Assembly (NCBI GenBank): GCA_964535555.1
Contig: CAZHUS010000036.1
Location: forward strand, 337 to 64,336
Source of the DNA: an uncultured Verrucomicrobiota bacterium
GTDB lineage: Bacteria; Verrucomicrobiota; Verrucomicrobiia; Limisphaerales; J093
Direction of reading: 5' to 3'
Length of the DNA stretch: 64,000 nt
In this document: positions 21,177 to 32,268 of the stretch, piece by piece
Layout of the letters: each line of letters starts with the position of its first letter
How positions within the stretch are numbered: position 1 is the stretch's first letter
Program-made: the position numbers and the translations under genes
The notes under the pieces: generated by a model
Told to the model about the DNA's origin: nothing
The model's database searches: none
What the model saw: the letters and a program-made list of their open reading frames with translations, nothing else

Positions 21177-21786
21177 CCACCCGTTCGAGCGGCAGCGGTT
21201 TCCAGATCTCCGGGTTTCGGGAAGGCTTGAGGTCGTAAGACCCGTATTCCGGCACCGGGAATTCCCCCGGGGCGCCCGCCACGAGGTGACGCGGCCGGGT
21301 GTCGCCCGTCAGTCTTTGCGCGCCGATCTTCTCCTGCAACTGCATGATCCCGTAGAGCAGCGCCTCGGGCTTGGGCGGGCATCCTGGAATGTGCACATCC
21401 ACCGGCAGGTATCTGTCGATCCCCTTCAGCACGTTGTATCCCTGCTTGAATGGCCCGCCGGAGATCGCGCAGGCGCCCATGGCCAGCACGTACTTGGGTT
21501 CCGGCATCTGGTTGTAGAGACGAACCACCAGCGGCGCCATCTTCTTGGTGACCGTGCCGGCGACGATCATGAGATCGGCCTGTCGGGGCGAAGGCCGGAA
21601 GACCTCGGCGCCGAAGCGCGAGATATCGAACCGGGCCATCGAGGCGGCAATCATCTCGATGGCGCAGCAGGCCAGTCCGAAATTGAGAGGCCAGACGGAG
21701 TTGCGACGGCCCCAGTTGTACAGTTCCTGGAGCGTCGTGGTGAACACGCCCTGCTTGCTCAACTCGCTGCGCAGTCCTTCGTCCAT
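21166..21786 (-). CDS. nuoB: NADH-quinone oxidoreductase subunit B
   Basis: [46 protein letters not shown]. Start MDEGL at 21786. Confidence 0.96.
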   Translation of the reverse strand: MDEGLRSELSKQGVFTTTLQELYNWGRRNSVWPLNFGLACCAIEMIAASMARFDISRFGAEVFRPSPRQADLMIVAGTVTKKMAPLVVRLYNQMPEPKYVLAMGACAISGGPFKQGYNVLKGIDRYLPVDVHIPGCPPKPEALLYGIMQLQEKIGAQRLTGDTRPRHLVAGAPGEFPVPEYGSYDLKPSRNPEIWKPLPLERVDAG

Positions 21787-21832
21787 GGCTGCTAATGAAG
21801 CCCGCGGTTGAGCCCGGGGCAAACCCTGGCGC

Positions 21833-22210
21833 TCACCTCCACTGCAACACCCCTTTGCGCCAGGCCCATACCAGGCCCTCGACCAGCAGGAGAAGGAACA
21901 CCAGCATCGCCACCACGGCCCCCAGCGGCAACCCGGTGAACGCCACGGCAAAGGGCAGGATGAAAAGGGCCTCGACGTCGAAGATCAGAAAAATCAGCCC
22001 GTACAGGTAGTACCCGGAGTGGAACTGCACCCAGGCCTCACCTTCCGACCTGACCCCGCACTCGTAGGCCGCGTTCTTCTCGTCGCCTGGCTTCGCGGGT
22101 GAAAAGCAAACGGACCACACGTGCGCCAGGGCCAGCGGGGTCAGGCAGAAGGCCACGGCCACCACCGCCATCACGAGCAGGAACAGGTAAGGGTGTCCCG
22201 TCGCCTCCAT
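21833..22210 (-). CDS. nuoA: NADH-quinone oxidoreductase subunit A
   Basis: [31 protein letters not shown]. Confidence 0.95.
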   Translation of the reverse strand: MEATGHPYLFLLVMAVVAVAFCLTPLALAHVWSVCFSPAKPGDEKNAAYECGVRSEGEAWVQFHSGYYLYGLIFLIFDVEALFILPFAVAFTGLPLGAVVAMLVFLLLLVEGLVWAWRKGVLQWR

Positions 22211-22215
22211 CGCCT

Positions 22216-22482
22216 TCAGTTCTTCTCAGGTTCGTGTCGGCGCAGGCCCACCGAATGCGCAATGTCGTCGAACTCCTGCGGGCTGACGTCTTCGAGTTGC
22301 TTGCCCCGATCGGCGAGCTTCTCGTTGATCTTGATCGCCTTCTCGGTCATGGACTCGTGGGTCTCCTGCGTGCCGCCGATCAGGGCGAAGTTCGGTCCCT
22401 TGGTGACGCGCTTATGGCCGTCGGAGTCCAATCCGACGCCCAACATCACCGCCCGAGCCCGTTTCCGAGGCCGTTCAGACAT
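22216..22482 (-). CDS. Small hypothetical protein upstream of nuoA
   Basis: 88-aa ORF with protein-like composition (LGVGLDSDGHKRVTKGPNFALIGG...THESMTE) and coding-like codon pattern; 5 bp from nuoA. Confidence 0.75.
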   Translation of the reverse strand: MSERPRKRARAVMLGVGLDSDGHKRVTKGPNFALIGGTQETHESMTEKAIKINEKLADRGKQLEDVSPQEFDDIAHSVGLRRHEPEKN

Positions 22483-22592
22483 GGGTCCAAGCTACGGTCG
22501 CCCCCCGTGGGATCCAAGTGAAAACTCGGCCACCGGCCCCGACCGCGCCACCACGGTGCGGCCCCGGACAACCCGGACGCCTTCGCCATGCC

Positions 22593-23498
22593 TTATCCAG
22601 GCGGCGGAGCAGCCAGTCCCAGGTTCCCGATGATCCGCGAGACCGCCGCCGCCTTGTTAAGCGTGTAGAAATGCAATCCCGGCACCCCGTGCTGGAGCAG
22701 GCGGTCACATTGCTCGGTGGCGAACTCGATACCCAGTTCGGCGGCCGCCGCGTCGTTATCGGCCACCGCATCCAGTCGGGCGGCCAGGCCCGCCGGGATC
22801 GTGGCTCCGCACAGGGCGACGAACTTCCGGATCTGACCGGCGCTTTGGATCGGGATGATCCCGGGAACGATGGGTACCCGCACACCCAGACGGTTCACGA
22901 GATGGTCCCGGAACTCGTAGAAATAGTCGTTGTCGAAGAAGAGCTGGGTCACAATGAAATCGGCGCCACAGTCCACCTTGGCTTTCAGCCGCTCCCAGTC
23001 TACCAACCTTCCCTCCTTGCACTCGATGTGCCCTTCCGGAAAACCGGCAACCCCGATTCCGAAGCCCCCGAGCTTGCGTGTCAGCGTCACCAACTGGTGC
23101 GCGTACTCAAACCCCCCGGGGACCTTCTGGAAAGCCGTCGCTCCGGCCGGCGGATCGCCGCGCAGGGCGAGGATGTTGCAGATGCCGCGGCGCCGGGCGT
23201 CCTCGAGGAGGGCAACGATCTGGTCACGGCTCGAACCGACGCAGGTCAGGTGAGCCATGGCGGCCACACGATGGTCGCGCTGGATCCGCTCGACCATCCC
23301 CAAGGTCCTGTCACGAGTGCTGCCGCCGGCGCCGTAGGTCACGGAAAAGTAACCCGGCTGCAAAGCGGCGAGCGCCGGGACGGTGCGCTCGAACAACGAA
23401 CGCTCGCCCTCGTCCGTTTTCGGAGTGAAGAACTCGAAAGAAAGGACGGGGCGTCGCTGAGCGCCCGCCACCGTGTAGAGCTCATGGATCAAGTGCAT
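22593..23498 (-). CDS. metF: 5,10-methylenetetrahydrofolate reductase
   Basis: SFEFFTPK, SVTYGAGGS, AHLTCV, LALRGDPP, ADFIVTQLFF, GLHFYTLN. Confidence 0.96.
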   Translation of the reverse strand: MHLIHELYTVAGAQRRPVLSFEFFTPKTDEGERSLFERTVPALAALQPGYFSVTYGAGGSTRDRTLGMVERIQRDHRVAAMAHLTCVGSSRDQIVALLEDARRRGICNILALRGDPPAGATAFQKVPGGFEYAHQLVTLTRKLGGFGIGVAGFPEGHIECKEGRLVDWERLKAKVDCGADFIVTQLFFDNDYFYEFRDHLVNRLGVRVPIVPGIIPIQSAGQIRKFVALCGATIPAGLAARLDAVADNDAAAAELGIEFATEQCDRLLQHGVPGLHFYTLNKAAAVSRIIGNLGLAAPPPG

Positions 23499-23543
23499 AG
23501 TCCGGTCAGATCGCCCTGGCTGGTGTCTCGGAAAAAATCGACT

Positions 23544-23966
23544 TCAGGGGGCCACCGTATTCCCGGCGGCTTTCCAGGCATTGAACCCGCCATCCAGGTG
23601 CGTGACCTCCCGGAAACCCAGCGCTTCGAAGGTCTCCAGCGCCTTGGTGCTGCGTCGCCCCGACGCACAATGGACGAGATACGAGGGGCGCCGGTCCAGC
23701 TTGCTGAGGTTGGCCTGGAATCCCGGGTCGTTGAAGTCGACGAGCTGGGCACCGGGGATATGGCCCGCCGCGAATTCCTGGGGCGTCCGCACATCCAGCA
23801 CGACTACTTTCCGCTCGTTGATCAGCTTGGCCGCGCCCTGGGCATCCACGTGATGGATCGCGGTGGGTTCCGCCGCATGCGGTGCGGTGGCAGTGTCGCG
23901 GTGCTGTTGACAGCCGCTGATGGTAAGGCCAAGGGCGGTGAGCAGCCCTGCAAACATCCATTTCAC
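23544..23966 (-). CDS. Rhodanese-like lipoprotein
   Basis: Lipobox LTISGC; VLDVRTPQEFAAGHIPGA; VHCASGRRS; LDGGFNAW. Start GTG 23966 or ATG 23957. Confidence 0.88.
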   Translation of the reverse strand: MKWMFAGLLTALGLTISGCQQHRDTATAPHAAEPTAIHHVDAQGAAKLINERKVVVLDVRTPQEFAAGHIPGAQLVDFNDPGFQANLSKLDRRPSYLVHCASGRRSTKALETFEALGFREVTHLDGGFNAWKAAGNTVAP

Positions 23967-24091
23967 GCGGCGAGAGTGCCACAAGGCAGGCGGGGCGCAA
24001 CAACCGGGCGGGAACTGGTGACGGCCACCGCGCAATGGCCCACCACGATGGCACCGGCACGGGAGAGGCACCCTCATCGCGCGCGGACGGT

Positions 24092-24868
24092 TCAACCGTA
24101 CCGGCCTTCGACGTACTCCGCGGTCCGCGGATCACCAGGTTCGAGGAAGAGTTGCTGGGTCCGGCGGTGTTCGACAATCTCGCCGAGCAACATGAACACG
24201 CACTCGTCGCTCGCACGCCGCGCCTGGGCCATGTTGTGCGTGACGATGACGAGGGTGTAGCGCCCCTTCAGTTCGAACATCAGTTCCTCGATGGCCCGGG
24301 TGGCTTCGACATCCAGCGCGGAACAGGGTTCGTCCATGAGGATGACCTCGGGCTTGAGCGGCAACAACCGGGCGATGCAGAGCTTTTGTTGTTGCTCGAG
24401 CTGGAGCGCGGTGGCCCGGGCGTCCAGACGGTCTTTCAAGTCCTTCCAAAGGCCAACTTCCGTCAGCGCACTCTCGACGGCCGCATCGAGTTCCGCGCGG
24501 GTCAGGGCGCGGCGCGGATGGTGGATCCGCAGTCCGAAAACCACGTTTTCATAGATGGAAATGGGCAGGGGATTCGGTCGCTGAAACACCATGCCCACCG
24601 CCTTGCGCAGCTCGATCAACGAAACGTCGGGATCGTAAATGTTCTTTCCCAGCACCCGGATCTCCCCCGTGGTGGTAACGTAGCCGTAGCGCTCGTTGAC
24701 CCGGTTGAAGCAACGCAGGAGCGTGGTCTTGCCGCATCCCGAAGGGCCGATCAACGACGTGATCAGCCCGTGCCGAACCTGCACGTTCACGTTGCGGAGC
24801 GCCTGGAACTGGCCGTACCAGAGGTTCAGCTCGCGGGCGGTGATGGCATGGCCGTCGGGGGCGCTCAT
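24092..24868 (-). CDS. pstB: Phosphate ABC transporter ATP-binding subunit PstB (copy 2)
   Basis: GPSGCGKT, GMVFQRPNP, LMDEPCSALD and VTHN are intact; the signature motif is altered to LQLEQ. Confidence 0.92.
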   Translation of the reverse strand: MSAPDGHAITARELNLWYGQFQALRNVNVQVRHGLITSLIGPSGCGKTTLLRCFNRVNERYGYVTTTGEIRVLGKNIYDPDVSLIELRKAVGMVFQRPNPLPISIYENVVFGLRIHHPRRALTRAELDAAVESALTEVGLWKDLKDRLDARATALQLEQQQKLCIARLLPLKPEVILMDEPCSALDVEATRAIEELMFELKGRYTLVIVTHNMAQARRASDECVFMLLGEIVEHRRTQQLFLEPGDPRTAEYVEGRYG

Positions 24869-25631
24869 CCAAACAGTCCGTTCACATAGTCGAACGTGCG
24901 CCGGTCGCGCGGATGGTCGGAGAAGATGACCTCGGTGCGATCCACCTCGACCAATTCGCCGTTCCAGAGAAACAACGTCCGGTCCGCAAGGCGCCGGGCC
25001 TGTTGCGTGAGGTTGGTTACCAGGATGATCGTGATCTCCCGCCGGAGCTCCCGCAACACGTCCTCGATCCGCATCGTCGTCACCGGATCAATCGCGATCG
25101 AGAATTCGTCCAGGCAGAGAATCTCCGGTTGGTGCGAGAGCGCCCGGGCGATGGTCAATCGCTGTTGCTGACCTCCGGAGAGCTTGGTGCCAAGGCTGTG
25201 GAGGCGGTCCTTCACCTCGTCCCAGAGCGCCGCCTGCCGCAGACACTTCTCCACCAGGGCGTCCAGGTCCGGCCCGCGTTTCACCCCCGAACAGCGCGGG
25301 GCGAAGGCGACGTTCTCGTAGATCGAGAGGGGCAGGCCCACCGGCAGCGGCGCCACCATCCCGATCTTGCGTCGCAAGGCGAAGACGTCGCGGATGCGGG
25401 CGAGATCCTCGCCGTCCACCGTGACCGACCCGGAGAACTGGGCGTTGGGAATGAAGTCGATCGTCCGGTTCAGCACCCGCAGGAGCGAGGTCTTTCCTGA
25501 TTGTGCGGGCCCGATGATTCCGAGGATTTCCCGGGCGTGCACCGCGAAGGAGATGCCGTGGATCGCCTCGCGGTTTCCGTACGCGAGGCGGAGGTCCTGG
25601 ACTTCGATGCGTTTGACAGGGTCCGGGGCCA

Positions 25632-25632
<1 letters not shown>
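24865..25632 (-). CDS. pstB: Phosphate ABC transporter ATP-binding subunit PstB (copy 1)
   Basis: GPAQSGKT and LSGGQQQRL present; Q-loop altered (GMVAPLP) and H-switch altered (LVTN). ATG 25632 overlaps the pstA stop. Confidence 0.9.
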
Positions 25633-26555
<923 letters not shown>

Positions 26556-26558
26556 GGC

Positions 26559-27497
26559 TCACTTCCTGCGAATGCCCCGGATCACCAGGTCCGCCGTGAG
26601 GTTGACCACGAACGTGAGACTGAACAGCAGGACCCCGGTCAGGAAGAGCACGCGGTAGTGCTCCGAGCCCGCGGGTGCTTCCCCGAGTTCCGCGGCGATA
26701 TTGGCCGTGAGGGTACGCACCGAATCCAGGATGCCGCCCGGGATGTGCACCGCATGCCCCGTGGCCATCAACACCGCCATGGTCTCGCCCACGGCACGCC
26801 CGACCCCCAGCAGGACGGCGGCGAGCAATCCGTTCCGCGCCGCCGGGAGGAGGACGCGATAAACCAACTGCCAGCGCGTCGCGCCCAGGGCGATCCCCGC
26901 TTCACGAAACGAATCCGGCACCGCCTTGAGCGCGTCCTCACCAATGGAAACGATGATGGGCACGCTCATGAGGGCGAGGATGATGCCGCCGTTCAGGATG
27001 TTAACACCCACCGGAGCCCCCGTGACCGTCACAATCAACCGGCTCATGACCGTCAGACCAATGAAACCCCACACCACGCTGGGAATCGCCGCGAGCAGCT
27101 CGATCACAATCTTGAGCGCCTCCTTCAACCGCGGACCGCAGAACTCGGAGACGAAGATCGCCGCCCCCAGCCCGGAGGGGACCGCGATGGCCATCGCCAG
27201 AACCGTGACGCTCAGCGTGCCGACCGTGAGCGCGAGCGTGCCGTAACGCACATTGGCGACCGAGGTGGGATACCACTCGGTGCTGAATAGGAACTTCCCC
27301 AGGTCGAACCGCTCGCTGCCAAAAAGAACCGGCGCCGCCTCCCGGAAGACGAAAAAGAAGATGGCGAGCACGAAGAGAATCGCGCTGACGCCGCTGATGC
27401 GGATGACCCACTCGATCGCCTGTTCGCCCAAGACCGCCCATCGCGGCCGACTGGGACGGACCGACGGGGCGGTGGCTGGGACTGCTGGGACGGACAT
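26559..27497 (-). CDS. pstC: Phosphate ABC transporter permease PstC
   Basis: ELLAAIPSVVWG, ALGATRWQ, GRAVGETMAV, TLTANIA. Confidence 0.95.
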   Translation of the reverse strand: MSVPAVPATAPSVRPSRPRWAVLGEQAIEWVIRISGVSAILFVLAIFFFVFREAAPVLFGSERFDLGKFLFSTEWYPTSVANVRYGTLALTVGTLSVTVLAMAIAVPSGLGAAIFVSEFCGPRLKEALKIVIELLAAIPSVVWGFIGLTVMSRLIVTVTGAPVGVNILNGGIILALMSVPIIVSIGEDALKAVPDSFREAGIALGATRWQLVYRVLLPAARNGLLAAVLLGVGRAVGETMAVLMATGHAVHIPGGILDSVRTLTANIAAELGEAPAGSEHYRVLFLTGVLLFSLTFVVNLTADLVIRGIRRK

Positions 27498-27560
27498 GCG
27501 AAGTGCGTTCGAGCTGAAATCTGCGCGCGGGTCGGCGCCGTCAGCGCCTCCCGCCCCGCT

Positions 27561-28451
27561 TCAAGGCGTTCCGCCCGGGCCGGTCACCGGAACGTAACCG
27601 CTCTGCACCACGACCTTCTGCCCGGCCGGCGACAGGATCCAATCCACGTAGCGCTTCAGTTCGCCCTCGGGCTCGCCCAGGGCGCAAACGTGCAGCGAGC
27701 GGGCAATCGGGTAGGACTTGTCCAGGGTGTTGGCCACGCTGGGAGGGATCGCGGGCTGTCCCGCCTTGGCCGAGATCCGCAGCATTTTCACCTGGGCCGA
27801 GGCGTACCCCATGCCGCTGTATCCAATCGCGCAGGGCGTGCTTCCGACCAGTTCCACCACTTCCTTGGAGCCATTCATGTCCCGGGACCCGAGCTTGAAG
27901 TCGTGGTTGGCAAGCACGTGCTCCCGGAAGAACTCGTACGTCCCGGAGCTCGACTGACGACTGACCCGGATGATCTCGTCGTTGTCGCATCCGGGAACCT
28001 TGACGCCCAGTTGGGACCACCGCGTCGTGGCTCCGCCCTCGGAATAAATGGCCGCAAGCTGTTCGAACGAGAGTTCTTCAATCGGGTTGTCCTTGTGGAC
28101 GTAAACCGCCAGCGCGTCGTAACCGACCGTAATCTCCTTGGGCGCCTTGCCGGTATTGCGGCGAGCCTGCTCGATTTCGTCCGATTTGAGGTCACGGCTC
28201 GCGTTCGCCAGGTCGACGGTTCCACGGAGCAACGCGGCAATCCCCACGCCGGAGCCGCCCCCCGAGACCTCGATCTCAACCTCGGGAACCACCGCATGGT
28301 AGGCCTCCGCCCAGGCTTGGGCGAGATTCACCATCGTGTCCGATCCCTTGTTCTGGATCACGCGAGCGGAACTGCCGCCGCCCCCGCCGCCGCAGCCCGC
28401 AAGGACCAAAGCGGCACATCCGGTCGTGATGAAGCGCTGGAACGCAGTCAT
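27561..28451 (-). CDS. pstS: Phosphate-binding lipoprotein PstS
   Basis: Lipobox LAGC; KGSDT, SGGGSGVG, SRQSSSGT, YPIARSL. Start MTAFQ at 28451. Confidence 0.95.
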   Translation of the reverse strand: MTAFQRFITTGCAALVLAGCGGGGGGSSARVIQNKGSDTMVNLAQAWAEAYHAVVPEVEIEVSGGGSGVGIAALLRGTVDLANASRDLKSDEIEQARRNTGKAPKEITVGYDALAVYVHKDNPIEELSFEQLAAIYSEGGATTRWSQLGVKVPGCDNDEIIRVSRQSSSGTYEFFREHVLANHDFKLGSRDMNGSKEVVELVGSTPCAIGYSGMGYASAQVKMLRISAKAGQPAIPPSVANTLDKSYPIARSLHVCALGEPEGELKRYVDWILSPAGQKVVVQSGYVPVTGPGGTP

Positions 28452-28458
28452 AAATCGT

Positions 28459-29589
28459 TCAGACTTTCGAGGCCACGGCGATCGGGGGCTGGATCTCGCC
28501 CTCATCCAGCACCGCCGCAACCAAGGCGTGCACATGCTCTTCGAGGAAGCGGTACGCCGTTTGGTGAATCTCCTGTACCGTTTCGGGAGAACCCTCCGCC
28601 AGGGCCGGATCCGGCACGGACCAATCAAGCAGAATGCGCTTGTGCGCCTGCCGGGGCAGCACCTTCCGCACCTCCGGAGCCAGGGCGACGAGCACGTGGT
28701 ACCGATCCAGTTCCTGCACCTCGGTGAGGGCTCTGGACGCCCGTCGCGAAAGATCGAAGCCCTTGGCCTTCATGAACTCGATCGTGGCCGGGGCGATCGG
28801 CCGCGGATCCAGCCCCGCGCTCGCAAACCCAAACTTCCCCCGGGCCAGGGATGCCCCAAGCGCTTCCGCCATGGGACCCGCGCCGGCATCATGCCGGTCG
28901 ACGAGCAGCACGCGAACAGTCCCGGTGCCGAGGTGCTTGGCGTACTCCCCCGTGCACAGGTAAAGCGTCTCCAGACAGATGTCGCGGGCCTGATCCGAGA
29001 CCCGCTCGAGCCGCCGGGTGATCGTCAGGCACGGGTCCAGGGCCTCGAACGGCAGCCGGTTTTCCCGGTACCACCGCATCAGATCGGTCCGGAGGCGCGT
29101 CTTGAGACCATCCACCGTGTCTTCGGTCTCGATGGTGGTTCGCGCCAAGGCGGCGTCCTCGGTCAGAAACGCCCGCATGGCATCCGCCAGCATGCCCACG
29201 GCCAGATCGGTGATCTGAAGAAATCGGTCGGCCGGGATTTCGAAGGGGATGTCACTCAGCTTGGCAGCCTGGTGGGCGATGCTCTGGGCGTAATCCCCCA
29301 CCCGCTCCAACTCGGCGTTGACCTTGATGCTGCTGTAGGCGAACCGGAGGTGACCTGCCGCGGGTTGCTGCCGGACGAGAAACTCGAGACAGAGCCGGTC
29401 GATTTCCTTTTCCAGGCCGTCGATCGCCTGGTCGCGGATGATGACGGCGTAGGCGCGCTGGTGATTGCGCTCAAGCAGGGCCTGCACCGCCTCCCGCACC
29501 GCCCGTTGACAACGCGTGGCCATGTCCGCAAGGCGGGCGCGGATCTGATCGACTTCCCGCTGGAGGGACTGGTCAAGGAGGTGCGCCAT
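28459..29589 (-). CDS. phoU: PhoU fused to a C-terminal ArsC/LMW-PTP-like domain
   Basis: Two PhoU repeats (ELERVGDYA, RLERVSDQARDI); C-terminal 'VLLV..........MAEAL...FASAG...M...G.DL...W.VPDP' ArsC/LMWP fold. Confidence 0.9.
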   Translation of the reverse strand: MAHLLDQSLQREVDQIRARLADMATRCQRAVREAVQALLERNHQRAYAVIIRDQAIDGLEKEIDRLCLEFLVRQQPAAGHLRFAYSSIKVNAELERVGDYAQSIAHQAAKLSDIPFEIPADRFLQITDLAVGMLADAMRAFLTEDAALARTTIETEDTVDGLKTRLRTDLMRWYRENRLPFEALDPCLTITRRLERVSDQARDICLETLYLCTGEYAKHLGTGTVRVLLVDRHDAGAGPMAEALGASLARGKFGFASAGLDPRPIAPATIEFMKAKGFDLSRRASRALTEVQELDRYHVLVALAPEVRKVLPRQAHKRILLDWSVPDPALAEGSPETVQEIHQTAYRFLEEHVHALVAAVLDEGEIQPPIAVASKV

Positions 29590-29637
29590 AGAACCGCCCC
29601 GAGTTTCAGGGAAAGCACCCGGCATGGCGATGATTTT

Positions 29638-29655
29638 GTTACGACTTCGTGACAG
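29638..29655 (-). promoter_or_regulatory. Pho box (PhoB/PhoP-type direct repeat)
   Basis: Minus strand CTGTCAC-GAAG-TCGTAAC with 11-bp periodicity, about 50 nt upstream of phoU-pstSCAB. Confidence 0.7.
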
Positions 29656-29805
29656 TTCTTCCCATGAACCTCCCCCGGAGCGCGGACTTCAGTCCGCAGG
29701 AACCCGCGCCGGCCTGGAGAACGTCCCTGCGGGCTGAAGCCCGCGCTCCGCAACGGTTCCAAGTCACTGCGCATGGCCGCCAGGCCAGGGATCTTCCCAA
29801 GGAAG
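29656..29805. repeat. REP/BIME-like palindromic element (type A core)
   Basis: Hairpins GCGGACTTCAGTCCGC and GCGGGCTGAAGCCCGC, bounded by CTTCCCATGAACC; near-identical inverted copy at 57987-58088. Confidence 0.85.
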
Positions 29806-30127
29806 CCGGCGCCCCGCCGGCCATCACGGCTGCTGCATCACCCGGCCCCTTCCGGCCCGGAGACAGGAACGGGACTTCTCGAACCCGCCCATGAATCTCG
29901 CTGCTTTCAGGCTGGCCATGCTTCTGGCCTTGCTCCATGCTCACGAAGACGTCCACGGCGGCTTGAACAGACTGGCCGCGCCGGGGTTACCTCGGCCGCG
30001 CGGCAACCCGCCATGGGGTCGCCGCCCCGCTGCCACGTGAGAAACGTGGAACGCGCGGGGTCGCGTCCGATGAATCCGAATCGGTGCCGGGACGTCCTTT
30101 TCGCCAGCTATGTGCCGTTCGCCGCGA

Positions 30128-32257
30128 ATGGGTTGGTGGCGCCAGCTAGGGACGGTGCTCGTCCTGCTGGTGGCGCTGACTTCGTGTCAACGCTACGAGG
30201 AAGGGCGGGAACCGGAGCGCGCCAAACCGGCAAAAAGCACCCGCAAGGCGGAGCGAAAACCGGCTGCGGCCACGGCCGATTCGACGGTGCCAACGACGGA
30301 TTCCGCCCCCCCTCCGGCTTCGTCCACGACGGCCGCGCCTCCGCCCGTCGAACCGGAGCCGAAAGTCTCCTATAGCGCGTTTCACGACGACGAGATCAAG
30401 GAAATCCTCAAGCTCGCAGACGCCGAGCGCTGGGAGGAAGCCGAGACCCGCGCCAAGGCCTTGGAAGCCAAGGACCCCCAGGATGCCGCGGCCCGGCGCC
30501 TCCGCGGCTGGGTCCAAAAGGAACGCGAAGCCGCCCGCGAGAAAGCCCTCGAGGATCGCATCCGCGAAATCGACGCGCGTCATTCGGTCTTCAACCCGAC
30601 CATCAAGGACGTTCTCACCGAGAGCAAGGATCGGGGCTTGCCCCCGCGCAAGGACGTCCGGGACACGGTCGAGCAGATCGAATCGGCCCCGTACATCCCC
30701 TCGAGCTTTGGGAGAACCAACCGCCTCGACGGCGTCCTGTTCGACATGGAATCCGAACAGGGCCGGATGGCGCAAATCCTGGAAAAGCCGATCTCGATCC
30801 AGTTGGACAACACGACGCTCAGCGACATCATCTTCAACATCGGGCAGACCGAGGGAATCAACTTCGTCGCGGACAAGTCCCTGCCGGCGTTCCAGCAGAA
30901 GCTGAGCATCAACATGGAGCGGGTGAAGCTCTGGGAACTCCTGCGCTACATCTCCCGGAATCTCGACCTGCAGTTCCAGGTGGGCGATGACCTGATCTGG
31001 ATCGTCGACGGCAAGGACCCCAAGAAGGCGCTCGAAGAGACGCGGTTCTTCCGGCTCCGGAAAGGCTTCATCCTCCCCGCGAGGTTCGGTCCGGACAAGG
31101 TGGTGATGAACAAGGCCATGACCCCCCAGGGCCAGGTGCAGGCCATCACCGAAAGCCAGGAACTGAACGTCTTCGTCAACGACCTGACGCCGCAGATGGT
31201 GGCGATGGAGCGGGCCATCACGAATTTCTTCACGGGCTCGAAGTACATGCTCGATTACGAACGCAACCTCATCGTGGCCAGCGGCACCCGCGAGCAATTG
31301 CAGGTCCTCGAACGGATCGTGAAGGAATTCGACAAGCCTCTGCAGCAAGTCTTCATCGAGGCCAGGTTCATCACCCTGACTGAAGCCGCCTTCCTCCGCC
31401 TCGGCGTGGCATGGGAGACGGGTCGGAGCACCTCGGACACCGAGGCCGATTCCTCGACCGCCGCCGCCCTGGGGCTGTTGAATCCCGCCTTGGGCATCCA
31501 GGAGGTGTTCACGAACATCCTCAACCGGCCCACGCTCACCGCCACGCTCTCCCTGTTGGATCAGAGTGGCGAGAGCCAGCTCTTGAGCGCCCCAAGGTTG
31601 GTCGTGATCAACAACCTCCCGGCCACGATCAGCGACGGGAAGATGCAGTACTACTACGAGGAGTACCAGGTGAAGCAGCAGATCCTCGAACGCCGGTCTT
31701 CTTCCGCCCTCGTTCCCGCCGGCAAGCCCACCAAGATCCAGTCCGGCGCGAGCCTCGAAGTGCTCGCGAGCATCGGCGGCGATGGCCAGACCATCTTCCT
31801 CGCGCTTCACCCCAAGGTGAACTCCGCGGTGCGGCTGGTGAATTTCCTCACGGTGTCCGACACCGACGACGCCGGAAACGTGGTCAGCACCACCGACATC
31901 AAACTGCCCGAATACCGCACCCAGGACCTGTCCACGCGCGTCGCCGTGAGGTCGGGCCAGACCGTCGTGATGGGCGGGGTGCTCGAGCGGGAACAGACCA
32001 CCTTCGTCGAGTCGGTGCCGATCCTGGGCAACCTGCCGATCATCGGCGCCGCCTTCCGCCGTCGCACCGAGATCGACCGCCCGCGATACCTGCTGGTGTT
32101 CGTGACGGCGACGCTGTTGTCTGAGACCGGCGAGTTTCTCGTTTATGACGAACCCGTGACGCGCAGGCCGGACACGGTGGAACCCGCCGGCCCGGGACCG
32201 GCGCCGGTCAGCCCGTCCGCGACCCTGCCCTCGGCGGCGCCCACTCCAGCCCAGTAG
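30128..32257 (+). CDS. Secretin (GspD/PilQ family) with lipoprotein signal
   Basis: Lipobox LTSC; STN/N-domain; QVFIEARF, APRLVVINN, GQTVVMGG, VPILGNLPIIGAAFR, LLVFVTATL. Confidence 0.92.
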   Translation: MGWWRQLGTVLVLLVALTSCQRYEEGREPERAKPAKSTRKAERKPAAATADSTVPTTDSAPPPASSTTAAPPPVEPEPKVSYSAFHDDEIKEILKLADAERWEEAETRAKALEAKDPQDAAARRLRGWVQKEREAAREKALEDRIREIDARHSVFNPTIKDVLTESKDRGLPPRKDVRDTVEQIESAPYIPSSFGRTNRLDGVLFDMESEQGRMAQILEKPISIQLDNTTLSDIIFNIGQTEGINFVADKSLPAFQQKLSINMERVKLWELLRYISRNLDLQFQVGDDLIWIVDGKDPKKALEETRFFRLRKGFILPARFGPDKVVMNKAMTPQGQVQAITESQELNVFVNDLTPQMVAMERAITNFFTGSKYMLDYERNLIVASGTREQLQVLERIVKEFDKPLQQVFIEARFITLTEAAFLRLGVAWETGRSTSDTEADSSTAAALGLLNPALGIQEVFTNILNRPTLTATLSLLDQSGESQLLSAPRLVVINNLPATISDGKMQYYYEEYQVKQQILERRSSSALVPAGKPTKIQSGASLEVLASIGGDGQTIFLALHPKVNSAVRLVNFLTVSDTDDAGNVVSTTDIKLPEYRTQDLSTRVAVRSGQTVVMGGVLEREQTTFVESVPILGNLPIIGAAFRRRTEIDRPRYLLVFVTATLLSETGEFLVYDEPVTRRPDTVEPAGPGPAPVSPSATLPSAAPTPAQ

Positions 32258-32268
32258 CTCCGCGTCCA

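Noticed and set aside
19270-21786. Group 4 [NiFe]-hydrogenase
   Set aside because: The large subunit lacks both CxxC Ni-binding motifs (DRLDY; DIVMGEVDR), so it is NuoD.
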